Positions 31,442-42,680 are shown, numbered from the stretch's first letter. The stretch is DNA of 64,000 nt from Microcoleus sp. (GCA_042408215.1 JAYFMW010000028.1:224001-288000); one strand, 5' to 3'. Made by a program: numbers and translations. The notes: a model not told the origin generated them from the letters alone.

Positions 31442-32545
31442 TTCTCGGTAGTTGTCCCGGCGGTCGGTTTTTTCGGTGATTTACCTCCAGGGCGAGGGCA
31501 AAATTTTACCCAGAGATAAAAAAAAATCGGCCCAAATTTTCGGGTTTTGGGATTGACTTCTTGATATTTGTATGATACCATTAGATAATGGAAATATTGA
31601 CATTTTTAGGCACAAGTAGTCATACTCCCATTATCTAATTATACAGTCAAGAGCCAAAAAAAGCAAGGGCTAACCCTCAAAAAAACCCAAATTTTTTTTT
31701 CTCCCTTTAACAATTTTTAACCCAATTGTCTAATTTTCGCCTTAAAGACAGCGCTCGACCTGGAACTCAAAGGAAGCAGACTATTGAATGTGCGTGACTC
31801 CAAAGCAAGCTCGACTAATTTGGCATCCCATCGAGGCCCAGTCGGCTCTCAAATTTCCCAGAGAAGCACAGTCGGAGCCGGTGAAAGCGCCCGCACATTC
31901 GATCGCCAATTTCCCGGAATCCTCCTCAAAGCACTATTTGGCTACAGAGAGCGACTGTATCTTTTGCAAGCCGTTGGTTATACAATATTCTTAGTCACAG
32001 TCGGCCCCCTTTACTTCCAAAAATTAGGCAGCCAGCCAAATGTTGCCAGCAAAATTACTGAGTCTGCTAGAGAGCAAGCCAGCTAATTCTCGGTAGTTGT
32101 CCCGCCGGTCGGTTTTTTCGGTGATTTACCTCCAGGGCGAGGGCAAAATTTTACCCAGGGATAAAAAAAATCGGCCCAAATTTTCGGGTTTTGGGATTGA
32201 CTTCTTGATATTTGTATGATACCATTAGATAATGGAAATATTGACATTTTTAGGCACAAGTAGTCATACTCCCATTATCTAATTATACAGTCAAGAGCCA
32301 AAAAAAGCAAGGGCTAACCCTCAAAAAAAACCCAAATTTTTTTTTCTCCCTTTAACAATTTTTAACCCAATTGTCTAATTTTCGCCTTAAAGACAGCGCT
32401 CGACCTGGAACTCAAAGGAAGCAGACTATTGAATGTGCGTGACTCCAAAGCAAGCTCGACTAATTTGGCATCCCATCGAGGCCCAGTCGGCTCTCAAATT
32501 TCCCAGAGAAGGACAGTCGGAGCCGGTGAAAGCGCCCGCACATTC
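31255..32545. repeat. ~645-bp tandem duplication (FTR1 3' end + downstream region)
   Basis: CGATCGCCAATTTCCCGG at 31255 and 31900; the copies differ by several SNPs and indels. Confidence 0.93.
31553..31666. promoter_or_regulatory. Second variant of the convergent promoter/hairpin cassette; copy at 32197-32310
   Basis: Plus strand TTGACT-17-TACCAT; minus strand TTGCTT-17-TATAAT; stem TAGATAATGG...CCATTATCTA. Confidence 0.55.
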
Positions 32546-32787
32546 TGCTAAAGTTTAGGCTACGAGCAGACAAAAAATCAACCCCAGGCAAGATTTATGA
32601 CCAACAGTTTTCTGATAGACTCTCTTAGAGCTTATAATTAGTACAAGAATATTTACATAGATCAAAAAGTTCTTAATGAACCTGAGAATCCTTAATGAAG
32701 CTTAAAATTAGTAAATTGTTCGTTAAAGTTACCTGGAACCCCCAGAAGGCTGTAGGCTGCCCCATTTGGTTAGCGGTGAGATAAATA

Positions 32788-33528
32788 ATGATGCCTCGGA
32801 TACTTGTTATTGATGATGACGCGGCGATCGCCGAACTCGTAGCCATCAACCTAGAAATGGCTGGGTACGAAGTAACCCATGCAGAAGACGGCATCAAAGG
32901 TCAGGCACTAGCCATACAAATGCTCCCCGACCTGATCGTCCTAGACCTGATGCTGCCTAGAGTAGACGGATTCACAGTGTGTCAGCGCTTGCGGCGAGAC
33001 GATCGCACAGCAGACATTCCCGTCTTGATGTTGACAGCCTTAAGTCAAACTCAAGACAAAGTAGAAGGCTTCAACTCCGGCGCCGACGACTACCTGACCA
33101 AACCCTTTGAACTAGAAGAGATGCTGGCGCGAGTGCGAGCCCTACTGAGGCGCACAGACCGCATCCCCCAAGCCGCCAAACACTCAGAAATCCTGAATTA
33201 TGGCCCGCTGACCCTTGTCCCCGAAAGGTTTGAAGCCGTTTGGTACGTTAAGACAGTCAAACTGACCCACCTAGAGTTCGAGTTGCTCCACTGCTTGCTC
33301 CAGCGTCACGGTCAAACAGTCTCTCCCAGCGAAATTCTCAAAGAAGTCTGGGGCTACGACCCTGACGACGACATCGAAACAATTCGCGTACACATCAGAC
33401 ACCTGAGAACCAAGATGGAACCCGATCCCCGCCATCCTCGGTACATCAAAACCGTATACGGGGCCGGTTATTGTCTGGAGTTACCCAGCAACGAGCAAGT
33501 AGCCGAGGAAAGCAAATCATCTGCTTGA
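32788..33528 (+). CDS. rpaA: OmpR-family response regulator RpaA
   Basis: Characteristic [38 protein letters not shown] and [16 protein letters not shown]. Confidence 0.92.
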   Translation: MMPRILVIDDDAAIAELVAINLEMAGYEVTHAEDGIKGQALAIQMLPDLIVLDLMLPRVDGFTVCQRLRRDDRTADIPVLMLTALSQTQDKVEGFNSGADDYLTKPFELEEMLARVRALLRRTDRIPQAAKHSEILNYGPLTLVPERFEAVWYVKTVKLTHLEFELLHCLLQRHGQTVSPSEILKEVWGYDPDDDIETIRVHIRHLRTKMEPDPRHPRYIKTVYGAGYCLELPSNEQVAEESKSSA

Positions 33529-33570
33529 ACTAGGACGCCAGATGCAACAAGCAGTTACGAATCTAGCTAA

Positions 33571-33602
33571 AAAAGCCTGGGAACACTTGCTCTCAGGCTT
33601 TT
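33571..33602 (+). terminator. Intrinsic terminator after rpaA
   Basis: AAAAGCCTGG...TCAGGCTTTT. Confidence 0.7.
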
Positions 33603-33657
33603 GATTTGAAATATCCACGCCTGATTCAACTCCGAAAATTGTCGATCATCTATATCA

Positions 33658-33849
33658 TTGACACTCCCCGGTCTAAAGACGCGGGGATGCTTAAGGATAA
33701 TTTTTGGGGGATGAATCCACCCAAATCTTGATGCTTAAAGGGTTTGTCAATAACCCACTACCCACTCGCCCATTGCTGAGTCTATGGCTACTTGTGGTAG
33801 GCATTTGCTTCCCAGACCTGCTTCTGTGTATCCATCCCACATTTTTATG
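33658..33849 (-). mobile_element. Degenerate non-autonomous IS200/IS605 derivative (element A)
   Basis: Right end CCCCGCGTCTTTAGACCGGGGAGTGTCAA; left end TTAC|CATAAAAATG. Confidence 0.55.
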
Positions 33850-33875
33850 GTAACAGAATGTGGTTTGTGTCTTGC

Positions 33876-34261
33876 TTGACACTCCTCGACCTGAAGGTAC
33901 GAGGATTCTTGGCTCACCGAGACCACTTAAACTAGATTACTTGCAGTCTCTAGCAAGCGAGGTGGGACTCTCCCCAAGCGTTAATTCGGGTATGCCCTAC
34001 CCTATTTGCTTTTGGGCAAGTCCTGTTTCAGTTTGAAGCAAATTCGCTTCAAATGCCGATCGCCCGTGCTCCTCTGAATCTTTTACCTACTGCGAGGTGG
34101 GGTCTAGAAAAATGCAGTAGAACCGCTTAGATTCAATTTTCAAGGTTCAGCGCTTTGTCTTTCGACAGCTAGGTTTTTAGAGTGGTTGATTACCTTTCTA
34201 CTACTACAAGCATACAGCAAAGCCGATGCTCAAATCACGGGGTTTTAGACCCATTTTTATG
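33876..34261 (-). mobile_element. Protein-free IS200/IS605 derivative retaining an omegaRNA-like scaffold (element B)
   Basis: Left end TTAT|CATAAAAATGGGTCTAAAACCCCG; right-end hairpin CCTCGTACCTTCAGGTCGAGG-AGTGTCAA; scaffold stems covary with the 3' end of tnpB at 17511. Confidence 0.75.
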
Positions 34262-34336
34262 ATAAGCCCCTCAAGCTTTTGACATCCTCCCGCCACTCAC
34301 CTGAGTACAGGTAGAGTGGGGGATTCCTAAACATCG

Positions 34337-35503
34337 CTATTTAGGTTTCTGCTTCAAAGCACCTGGCTTCGGAGATTTATGCTCTTCGGCTCTTACGGTT
34401 GCTCCACAGACTGACACGGCAAGCCCTGCCGCCAAAATATTCTTACTGGCATTGATATCACGGTCATGGTTAATCCCACACCTAGGACATTCCCACTCTC
34501 TAATATTCAATGGCAGTTTATCGATAATATGCCCACAGTTTCCGCATCTTTTAGAGCTTGGGAACCAGCGGTCAATTTTAATCAGTTCTCGCCCATACCA
34601 CTGGCATTTATAGGCAAGTTTTCGCATCAATTCGCCCCAACTAGCATCGCTAATCGACAGAGCAAGTTTATGGTTTTTGACCATATTTTTGATAGCCAAG
34701 TCTTCAACTACGATCGTTTGGTTTTCACGAACCAGTTGAGTTGTCAGCTTCTGCAAAAAATCTTTCCTAGCATCGGTTATTTGCGCGTGGACTTGAGCCA
34801 CTTGCACCCGTGCCTTGTGTCGATTATTACTCCCTTTTTGCTTGCGAGAAAGTGCTTTCTGCACCCGTCTCAACTTCTTGCGGAGTTGTTTAAAATGTTT
34901 GGGGTTAGCAATCTTATCCCCGTTACTGGTAGCTATCAGGCTAGTTATCCCTACGTCCAATCCGATAGATTTATCGGATTTTGGCAGTTGGGCAATATTA
35001 GTATCTACCAGCAAGGATACAAACCAACGACCACTAGCATCAAGTTTGACGGTAATAGTAGACGGTGTACATCCTTCAGGAATTGGTCTACTCCATTGAA
35101 TCGGCAAGGCTTCGGTACATTTAGCCAGAAATACTTGTCCGTCTTTCCACCGGAAAGCAGACTTAGTAAATTCCGCACTACCGCCATGATGCTTCTTTTT
35201 AAAGTTGGGGTATTTAGCGCGTCCAGCCCAAAAGTTACTGAACGCTTTTTGAAGGTGTCTCAGTCCTTGTTGGAGCGGTACACAACTAACTTCGTTCAGA
35301 AACTTAAGATTTTCCTCTTGTTTCCAACTTGTTAGCATGGAGGAACTTTCGTTATACCCGATTCGCTCTTGTCTTTCGTACCAAGCCTCGGTTCGAGCCG
35401 CTAAAGCTTTGTTGTACACTAGCCGAACACAGCCAATCGTCCGCCGCAAGAGACTTTCTTGCTTGGATGTGGGGAATACTCGGTAGCGATAGGCTTTTTC
35501 CAT
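34337..35503 (-). CDS. tnpB: RNA-guided endonuclease TnpB (element C, right end at 34279)
   Basis: KAYRYRVFPT HTH; GLDVG / VEDL / DRDINASKN; CGNC...CPRC. Confidence 0.95.
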   Translation of the reverse strand: MEKAYRYRVFPTSKQESLLRRTIGCVRLVYNKALAARTEAWYERQERIGYNESSSMLTSWKQEENLKFLNEVSCVPLQQGLRHLQKAFSNFWAGRAKYPNFKKKHHGGSAEFTKSAFRWKDGQVFLAKCTEALPIQWSRPIPEGCTPSTITVKLDASGRWFVSLLVDTNIAQLPKSDKSIGLDVGITSLIATSNGDKIANPKHFKQLRKKLRRVQKALSRKQKGSNNRHKARVQVAQVHAQITDARKDFLQKLTTQLVRENQTIVVEDLAIKNMVKNHKLALSISDASWGELMRKLAYKCQWYGRELIKIDRWFPSSKRCGNCGHIIDKLPLNIREWECPRCGINHDRDINASKNILAAGLAVSVCGATVRAEEHKSPKPGALKQKPK

Positions 35504-35536
35504 ATTCACATTCTAACATATTATTTGTGAGGTTCA

Positions 35537-35761
35537 TAAAAAAAGTTCGGTAAGTGGGAAACTCAGAGGCTTTAGCCCTGAGAGGGAAACGACGCGGGTG
35601 GTTTTAACCACCGTGAATCTTCAATATGTGCTATAATTGAGGAAAGTAAGCACAACCTGGATTTCCAGCGAGTGTCTAAAGGCTTTAAGGCTCACGCCGT
35701 TGCGCTCCATAGTTCGCCTAATCCTCAAGAATCTCAGTGTCTTTAGACCTGAGAGTGTCAA
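35537..35761 (+). mobile_element. Short non-autonomous IS200/IS605 derivative (element D)
   Basis: Matching hairpins CTCAGAGGCTTTAGCCCTGAGAG and CTCAGTGTCTTTAGACCTGAGAG-TGTCAA; internal TGcTATAAT. Left boundary approximate. Confidence 0.65.
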
Positions 35762-36083
35762 AGTGCAAGCCAAAGATTTGTTCGCGAACTCATCCACCCC
35801 TACGCGGTTGAGAGCTTCGCTTGTCAATTTACTTGGGGTGGAATCGTCCGCTCATCCCCATTCCTCCCACCGCCAAGCTGAGTACAGCTATGGCGGGGGT
35901 CTCCTGGGGGTTTAGATGACTCAATTGACATCTTTCTCAACAGGTAACTCGCCGTGACAACCCAGGCAAAAAAATCCTTCCCAGCCGAAGCAGCATCTTT
36001 TCCCTGCTGCGCCGGCAACGCCCGCTTAATGAATCTTTCCGGCCGCCATTTAAGCAGTGCCTGTGAGTGCCAGCCCTTCTGAC

Positions 36084-36935
36084 TCAAGCAACCTCAGAAT
36101 CACTACGTTGATGTTCCATGCGAAATACATTAGCGTACAAACTAGCCACAATCTGTTTGCCTTCCTGAGTTAACTGTAAGTAGCCGAGAGATTCGCTGAT
36201 GTGCGGATAAATACCGCTCCAGTAAAACTTCGAGTAGCTTTGCAGCAAGTCGCCCGGATGTCGGCAGCCCAAAACTTTAGTAGCACCGCTTTCTTCCAAC
36301 TCGTAAAACAGCGCGCCAATTTTCTGTAAATATTGCGGGTTGCTAAGCTGACCTATCAAGTCAGCACCGCGAACTAAACTAGAATAATTAACTGCATCTT
36401 CATGAGTGTTGCTATCTAGCACCGAGAAACGAGTCTGTTCTATATTTTCCTTAATTATTTCAGCATTAATTAGCTTGTGGTTCCCAAAGCGCTCATCAAT
36501 GAAAAGTTTAGCTCTGTCCACTCGGTAAGGAGCTAGGCTGGCTGCTGTTGCACCCGGAGAAAGTGCAATTTTCATGCCATCTTTTCCCGTAGCATACAAT
36601 CTTTCTGCTTGTTGGTCTTGTCGGCAAACTCCTTTGACATATCCGATATCTTGGCACAGCAAAGATATGATGAAGTGCAGCCAATTTTCGCAGGATACTC
36701 CGCCCTTGCGAATGTGTTTTCCCCGCAAGATTTCTTGACCGACTAAGGTAATACAAATCGCGTGTTCTACATTGTGATACAGAGCGTCGCTGCTGGCGAT
36801 ATTTTCTAACGCCATTGCCCCTACCCAGGCAATAATGTCGGCATAATCTGATTTGTATCCTCCGTAAGTGCGACTGTACCCATTCTCAAGTTGTTGAATG
36901 AAAGCCTCGATCAGCAGTTCAGTAGAATTAAACAT
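36084..36935 (-). CDS. Cyanobacterial HD-domain metal-dependent phosphohydrolase homolog with degenerate motif
   Basis: DALYHNVEH, CQDIGYVKG and ADLIGQL. Confidence 0.8.
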   Translation of the reverse strand: MFNSTELLIEAFIQQLENGYSRTYGGYKSDYADIIAWVGAMALENIASSDALYHNVEHAICITLVGQEILRGKHIRKGGVSCENWLHFIISLLCQDIGYVKGVCRQDQQAERLYATGKDGMKIALSPGATAASLAPYRVDRAKLFIDERFGNHKLINAEIIKENIEQTRFSVLDSNTHEDAVNYSSLVRGADLIGQLSNPQYLQKIGALFYELEESGATKVLGCRHPGDLLQSYSKFYWSGIYPHISESLGYLQLTQEGKQIVASLYANVFRMEHQRSDSEVA

Positions 36936-37706
36936 ACCCCGTCCTTTTACCTTGAAAACACCTTTAAATAATTGGGATTTTTTTTTACATCCCTCTAATT
37001 ATATTAAGGGGATTTTCACTCAAAACTCAAAAAATCCTAGCAAGTCAGTCCATGACGGACAGCCTTCCCAGGCGCACTGCATACATTGGTCTGCTGACAA
37101 TTTTTAGCTCCTCCTGTGAATCGATCAACTTTTGACAATAAATTGCCTATGGAATCTGGTGGAACTGAGATCGATCTTACCGGATTTCCAAATATTCAAG
37201 TATACTTCGGAAAATGTATATTCAGGAATCCAAGCTGCGGTTCTCATCTGCGGTCAACTCAATCTATATTTCTGATGATCTGGCAATTTTAGATCGTCAG
37301 ATGTGATCTCGATCGACCCAATACTGTGATGCAACCCCCCGCTACCGTTGACGCGCCTCTCCCCAAAATTGTGAGGCGATCGACAGTTGGAGGTGGCGAG
37401 CGCTGGCTATCACTGCTGTGGCTGCTGTGGCACCGACAGCGGTTAAATTATGCAATCAGCGCCAAAACTCGTTGTTGATGACCGCGAAAACTTTCAGGAA
37501 CAAGCCAGGGGAAAAAGTTCGATCGCCCCCCCTCATTCCTAATTCCTTGCCAAAGAAGGTCGAGTCATGTACAATATAGAGTCTGGTATCCTCACTTTTC
37601 CATAATTTTTGCCAAAATCCCGTCCCCGTAGAGGGGAAGGGACTTTCAGCGCGGATGCCGCCAGCTCACTCTATTATTCAGCAAAAAGCTAGAAATGCCG
37701 TAACTC

Positions 37707-38087
37707 ATGCCCACTATTCAGCAACTCATTCGTTCAGCACGGGAACAAACGCAGAAAAAAACCAAATCGCCAGCTCTCAAGAGTTGCCCCCAGCGCCGCG
37801 GAGTTTGCACCAGAGTGTACACAACCACCCCGAAAAAACCTAACTCGGCGCTGCGGAAAGTGGCGCGGGTGCGGCTGACCTCTGGATTTGAAGTGACAGC
37901 CTACATCCCAGGCATCGGTCACAACTTGCAAGAACACTCGGTAGTAATGATCCGTGGTGGCCGGGTAAAAGATTTGCCGGGAGTTAGATACCACATCATT
38001 CGCGGTACATTAGACACGGCCGGGGTGAAAGACCGCAAGCAAGGCCGTTCTAAATACGGGGCTAAGCGTCCCAAAGCGAAGAAATAA
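37707..38087 (+). CDS. rpsL: 30S ribosomal protein S12
   Basis: [18 protein letters not shown] and [10 protein letters not shown]. Confidence 0.99.
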   Translation: MPTIQQLIRSAREQTQKKTKSPALKSCPQRRGVCTRVYTTTPKKPNSALRKVARVRLTSGFEVTAYIPGIGHNLQEHSVVMIRGGRVKDLPGVRYHIIRGTLDTAGVKDRKQGRSKYGAKRPKAKK

Positions 38088-38226
38088 AACGGAACTCGCA
38101 CTTGCTTTCGGGGTTTGGGAGCAAAAATAATTGGCGATCGCCCGTTGATAGCCAGTTAATAGTCGATCGATAGCTAACAAAAACCCCAAACTCAATCATT
38201 CAAAATCAAAAATCCCAAATAGAACT

Positions 38227-38697
38227 ATGTCTCGCCGCACAGTTATTCAAAAACGTCCAGTCCCCCCAGATCCCACCTACAACAGCCGGTTGGTGAGCAT
38301 GATGGTGAGACGGATCATGCAGCACGGCAAAAAATCCGTGGCATCCAGCATCGTCTACGACGCCCTCAAAACCATCCAAGAACGGACAGGAGCCGAACCG
38401 TTAGACTTGTTTGAAAAAGCAGTCAAAAACGCTACACCCCTAGTCGAAGTCAAAGCCCGCCGAGTGGGTGGCGCTACCTACCAAGTGCCAATGGAAGTGC
38501 GTTCCGATCGCGGAACTACCCTCGCCCTCCGCTGGCTGATCAGATTTGCCAGAGCCAGAACCGGTCGCTCAATGGCCGCCAAGCTGGCCAACGAACTGAT
38601 GGATGCAGCCAATGAAACAGGCAGTGCCATTCGCAAGCGCGAAGAAACCCACCGTATGGCCGAAGCCAACAAGGCCTTCGCCCACTACCGATACTAA
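38227..38697 (+). CDS. rpsG: 30S ribosomal protein S7
   Basis: [11 protein letters not shown] and [12 protein letters not shown]. Confidence 0.99.
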   Translation: MSRRTVIQKRPVPPDPTYNSRLVSMMVRRIMQHGKKSVASSIVYDALKTIQERTGAEPLDLFEKAVKNATPLVEVKARRVGGATYQVPMEVRSDRGTTLALRWLIRFARARTGRSMAAKLANELMDAANETGSAIRKREETHRMAEANKAFAHYRY

Positions 38698-39031
38698 TCG
38701 CCAAATCGGGTAGGTCAAATTGGACGACTCTGTGGTATGAGAGCATTGGGCGAGAGATTGAACAGTGTAAGTTTTGAGTATTGAGATTGCTTCCCCCGGC
38801 GCTGGGCTGCGAGCAATGAAGCAAACTCAACACTCGAAAACTCAAAATTCAAAACTCTCTTAATCCTCCATGTCACATCCTTAATATTTTTGTAAACAAA
38901 TCTTGCAAAAAATATTAAAATGTAACAATAAGCTCCATATACTTATGTTGTCAGTCCGTCGCGACTACAAAATAGGGTTTCTGTGTAGTATAATTGTATT
39001 ATAACAGCAGAGAAAACTCAAGGAGGTAGCT

Positions 39032-41104
39032 GTGGCACGTACCGTCCCGCTAGAAAAAACCCGCAACATCGGCATCGCAGCCCACATAGATGCGGGCAAA
39101 ACAACGACAACTGAAAGAATTCTGTTCTATTCAGGCATGGTTCACAAAATGGGTGAAGTGCATGAAGGAACAGCAGTCACCGATTGGATGGAGCAAGAGC
39201 GGGAGCGGGGAATTACGATTACTGCCGCCGCTATCACCACCAGTTGGAAAGATTACAAAATCAACATCATCGACACTCCCGGACACGTAGACTTCACGAT
39301 CGAAGTCGAACGCTCCATGCGAGTGCTAGATGGAGTGATCGCAGTATTCTGCTCGGTAGGCGGAGTTCAGCCACAATCGGAAACTGTTTGGCGACAAGCC
39401 GATCGGTACAAAGTACCTCGGATTGTGTTCGTCAACAAAATGGATCGGATGGGTGCAAACTTCTACAAAGTCTACGGTCAAATTCGCGATCGAATGAGAG
39501 CGAACGCCGTACCCATCCAAATTCCGATCGGCAGCGAAGAAAACTTCCGGGGAATTGTAGACATAGTGCAAATGAAAGCCTATATCTACAACAACGACAC
39601 CGGCACCGAGATCCTTGAAGTAGAAATCCCCGATGAAGTCAAAGAGCTAGCCGCCGAATACCGCACCAAGCTGATCGAGTCCGTAGCAGAAACCAGCGAC
39701 GCCCTCACCGAGAAATACCTTGAAGGCCAAGAGTTGACGGAAGACGAAATTCGCACCGCCCTACGCCACGGTACGGTCGAAGGCACGATCGTCCCCATGC
39801 TGTGCGGTTCGGCCTTCAAAAACAAAGGCGTTCAGTTGTTGTTGGATGCAGTCATCGACTATCTGCCTTCGCCCTTGGAGGTTCCTGCAATTCAAGGACT
39901 CCTGCCCAACGGCGACACAGCAGATCGACACGCAGACGACAGCGCCCCCCTGTCAGCCTTGGCCTTCAAAATCATGGCAGACCCCTACGGTCGCCTGACC
40001 TTTGTTCGGGTCTACTCCGGTATCCTCAAAAAAGGTACTTACGTCCTCAACTCCACCAAAGACAAAAAAGAGCGGGTTTCTCGCCTAATTGTGCTCAAAG
40101 CGGACGATCGGATAGAAGTAGACGAACTCCGGGCCGGAGACTTGGGAGCAGTTTTGGGTCTGAAAGACACCTTCACAGGGGACACCCTCTGCGACGAAAC
40201 AGCACCAGTGATTCTGGAATCCCTGTTTATTCCAGAGCCAGTCATCTCGGTGGCGGTGGAACCCAAAACCAAACAAGACATGGAGAAGCTCTCCAAAGCC
40301 CTCCAGTCCCTCTCGGAAGAAGACCCGACTTTTCGAGTCAACGTTGACCCGGAAACCAACCAGACAATCATCGCCGGCATGGGCGAACTTCACCTAGAAA
40401 TCCTCGTAGACAGAATGCTGCGGGAATTCAAAGTAGAAGCCAACGTCGGTCAGCCACAAGTAGCCTACCGCGAAACAATTCGCAAAGCCGTCCGCGCCGA
40501 AGGTAAATTTATCCGCCAAAGCGGCGGTAAAGGTCAGTACGGTCACGTCGTGATCGAACTCGAACCAACAGAAGTAGGAACAGGCTTTGAATTTGTCTCC
40601 AAAATTGTCGGCGGCACAGTACCCAAAGAGTACATCAGCCCGGCAGGACAAGGGATGAAAGAAGCCTGCGAATCAGGTATTCTAGCAGGATATCCCGTGA
40701 TTGACCTTAGAGCTACTATGGTAGACGGGTCTTTCCACGATGTAGACTCCTCAGAAATGGCATTTAAGATCGCCGGCTCAATGGCGATCAAAGAAGCCGT
40801 GATGAAGGCAACGCCTGTGCTGCTAGAGCCTATGATGAAAGTAGAGGTGGAAGTTCCCGAAGATTATATCGGGAACGTCATCGGCGACCTCAACTCTCGT
40901 CGGGGTCATATTGAGGGTCAAGAGACGGATCAGGGAATTGCCAAAGTTTCTGTAAAAGTTCCACTCGCAGAAATGTTTGGTTACGCTACCGACATCCGCT
41001 CGAAAACCCAAGGTAGAGGCATCTTCACAATGGAATTCAGCCATTACGAAGAAGTGCCGCGAAATGTGGCTGAAGCCATCATCGCTAAGAACAAAGGGAA
41101 CTAA
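39032..41104 (+). CDS. fusA: Elongation factor G
   Basis: [36 protein letters not shown]. Confidence 0.99.
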   Translation: MARTVPLEKTRNIGIAAHIDAGKTTTTERILFYSGMVHKMGEVHEGTAVTDWMEQERERGITITAAAITTSWKDYKINIIDTPGHVDFTIEVERSMRVLDGVIAVFCSVGGVQPQSETVWRQADRYKVPRIVFVNKMDRMGANFYKVYGQIRDRMRANAVPIQIPIGSEENFRGIVDIVQMKAYIYNNDTGTEILEVEIPDEVKELAAEYRTKLIESVAETSDALTEKYLEGQELTEDEIRTALRHGTVEGTIVPMLCGSAFKNKGVQLLLDAVIDYLPSPLEVPAIQGLLPNGDTADRHADDSAPLSALAFKIMADPYGRLTFVRVYSGILKKGTYVLNSTKDKKERVSRLIVLKADDRIEVDELRAGDLGAVLGLKDTFTGDTLCDETAPVILESLFIPEPVISVAVEPKTKQDMEKLSKALQSLSEEDPTFRVNVDPETNQTIIAGMGELHLEILVDRMLREFKVEANVGQPQVAYRETIRKAVRAEGKFIRQSGGKGQYGHVVIELEPTEVGTGFEFVSKIVGGTVPKEYISPAGQGMKEACESGILAGYPVIDLRATMVDGSFHDVDSSEMAFKIAGSMAIKEAVMKATPVLLEPMMKVEVEVPEDYIGNVIGDLNSRRGHIEGQETDQGIAKVSVKVPLAEMFGYATDIRSKTQGRGIFTMEFSHYEEVPRNVAEAIIAKNKGN

Positions 41105-41205
41105 TGATTTTAGATTTTAGATTTTGGATTTTGGATTGAATCCAAAATCGAGAATCTAAAATCTCAAGTCTAAAATCGCTAAAAAAAACAAGGAACAGAT
41201 CGAGA

Positions 41206-42435
41206 ATGGCACGCGCAAAATTTGAACGGAATAAACCCCACGTAAACATCGGCACCATCGGTCACGTTGACCACGGCAAAACAACTTTGACCGCCGCGAT
41301 TACGATGACTCTTTCTGCACTAGGTCAGGCCAAGGGTAAGAAGTATGATGAAATCGATGCTGCGCCTGAAGAAAAAGCGCGGGGTATTACGATTAATACG
41401 GCTCACGTTGAGTACGAAACCACAGCTCGGCACTATGCCCACGTTGATTGCCCCGGACACGCTGACTATGTGAAAAACATGATCACCGGTGCGGCTCAAA
41501 TGGACGGTGGCATCTTAGTTGTGTCAGCGGCAGACGGCCCCATGCCTCAAACTCGCGAACACATCCTGCTAGCCAAGCAAGTTGGCGTTCCTAGCTTGGT
41601 TGTTTTCTTGAACAAGGAAGACATGGTAGATGACGCAGAACTTTTGGAATTGGTGGAACTGGAAGTTCGGGAACTCCTGAGCTCTTACGATTTTCCTGGC
41701 GATGATATCCCCATCGTGACTGGTTCGGGATTGAAAGCTCTCGAAGCGATGGCTGCCAATCCCAAGGCTGTAAAGGGCGAGGATCCCTGGATTGACAAAA
41801 TTTACGCACTGATGGAAGCCGTGGATAGTTATATCCCCACTCCAGAACGTGAAATTGACAAACCCTTCTTGATGGCAGTAGAAGACGTATTCTCGATTAC
41901 TGGTCGGGGTACTGTTGCTACTGGCCGGATTGAACGTGGGAAAGTCAAGGTCGGCGAAAGCGTCGAATTGGTTGGTCTGAAGGACACTCGCAGCACTACG
42001 GTGACTGGTGTGGAAATGTTCACAAAATCTCTGGAGGAAGGCTTGGCCGGCGACAACGTGGGCTTACTGCTGCGGGGGATTTTAAAGGCGGATATTGAAC
42101 GGGGGATGGTGATTGCCAAGCCGAAGAGCATTTTGCCTCACACTCAGTTTGAATCTGAAGTGTACATCCTGAAGAAAGAAGAAGGCGGCCGGCACACACC
42201 CTTTTTCTCTGGCTATCGCCCTCAATTCTACGTCCGTACCACCGACGTGACCGGCACGATCGCAGCGTTCACGGCTGACGACGGTACTGAAGTTGAAATG
42301 GTGATGCCCGGTGACCGGATTAAAATGACTGTTGAGCTGATTCACCCGATCGCGATCGAACAAGGAATGCGCTTCGCCATCCGCGAAGGCGGACGCACCG
42401 TCGGCGCAGGCGTTGTTTCCAAAATCCTCAAGTAG
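41206..42435 (+). CDS. tuf: Elongation factor Tu
   Basis: [29 protein letters not shown]. Confidence 0.99.
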   Translation: MARAKFERNKPHVNIGTIGHVDHGKTTLTAAITMTLSALGQAKGKKYDEIDAAPEEKARGITINTAHVEYETTARHYAHVDCPGHADYVKNMITGAAQMDGGILVVSAADGPMPQTREHILLAKQVGVPSLVVFLNKEDMVDDAELLELVELEVRELLSSYDFPGDDIPIVTGSGLKALEAMAANPKAVKGEDPWIDKIYALMEAVDSYIPTPEREIDKPFLMAVEDVFSITGRGTVATGRIERGKVKVGESVELVGLKDTRSTTVTGVEMFTKSLEEGLAGDNVGLLLRGILKADIERGMVIAKPKSILPHTQFESEVYILKKEEGGRHTPFFSGYRPQFYVRTTDVTGTIAAFTADDGTEVEMVMPGDRIKMTVELIHPIAIEQGMRFAIREGGRTVGAGVVSKILK

Positions 42436-42500
42436 GACTACGCTCACAGCCTAGATAGCAGAAAAGTCGCCAAATGTCAATAGGCTTTTCTGCTATTTAG

Positions 42501-42680
42501 TCATCAGTCATCAGTCATCAGTCAGCAGTCATCAGTCATCAGTCAGCAGTCATCAGTCATCAGTCAGCGGTTAGTAGTTAACGATTAAATAGTGAATAAC
42601 TAATGACTAATAACTAATGACTAATAACTAATGACTAATAACTAATGACTAATAACTAATGACTAATAACTAATGACTAA
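42501..42680. repeat. STRR heptamer tracts (AGTCA[T/G]C)n and (AAT[G/A]ACT)n
   Basis: Visible tandem heptamers in the tuf-rpsJ spacer. Confidence 0.9.

Noticed and set aside
33746..33830. GTCAATAACCC...TGCTTCCCAG resembling the start of an IscB/HEARO RNA
   Set aside because: Only short motif similarity, no IscB ORF, and too little structure to support the call.
34466..35335. 289-aa plus-strand ORF
   Set aside because: Antisense shadow of tnpB with no motifs.
35824..36087. 87-aa ORF overlapping the HD gene stop
   Set aside because: No recognisable domain; cannot be distinguished from a remnant or chance ORF.
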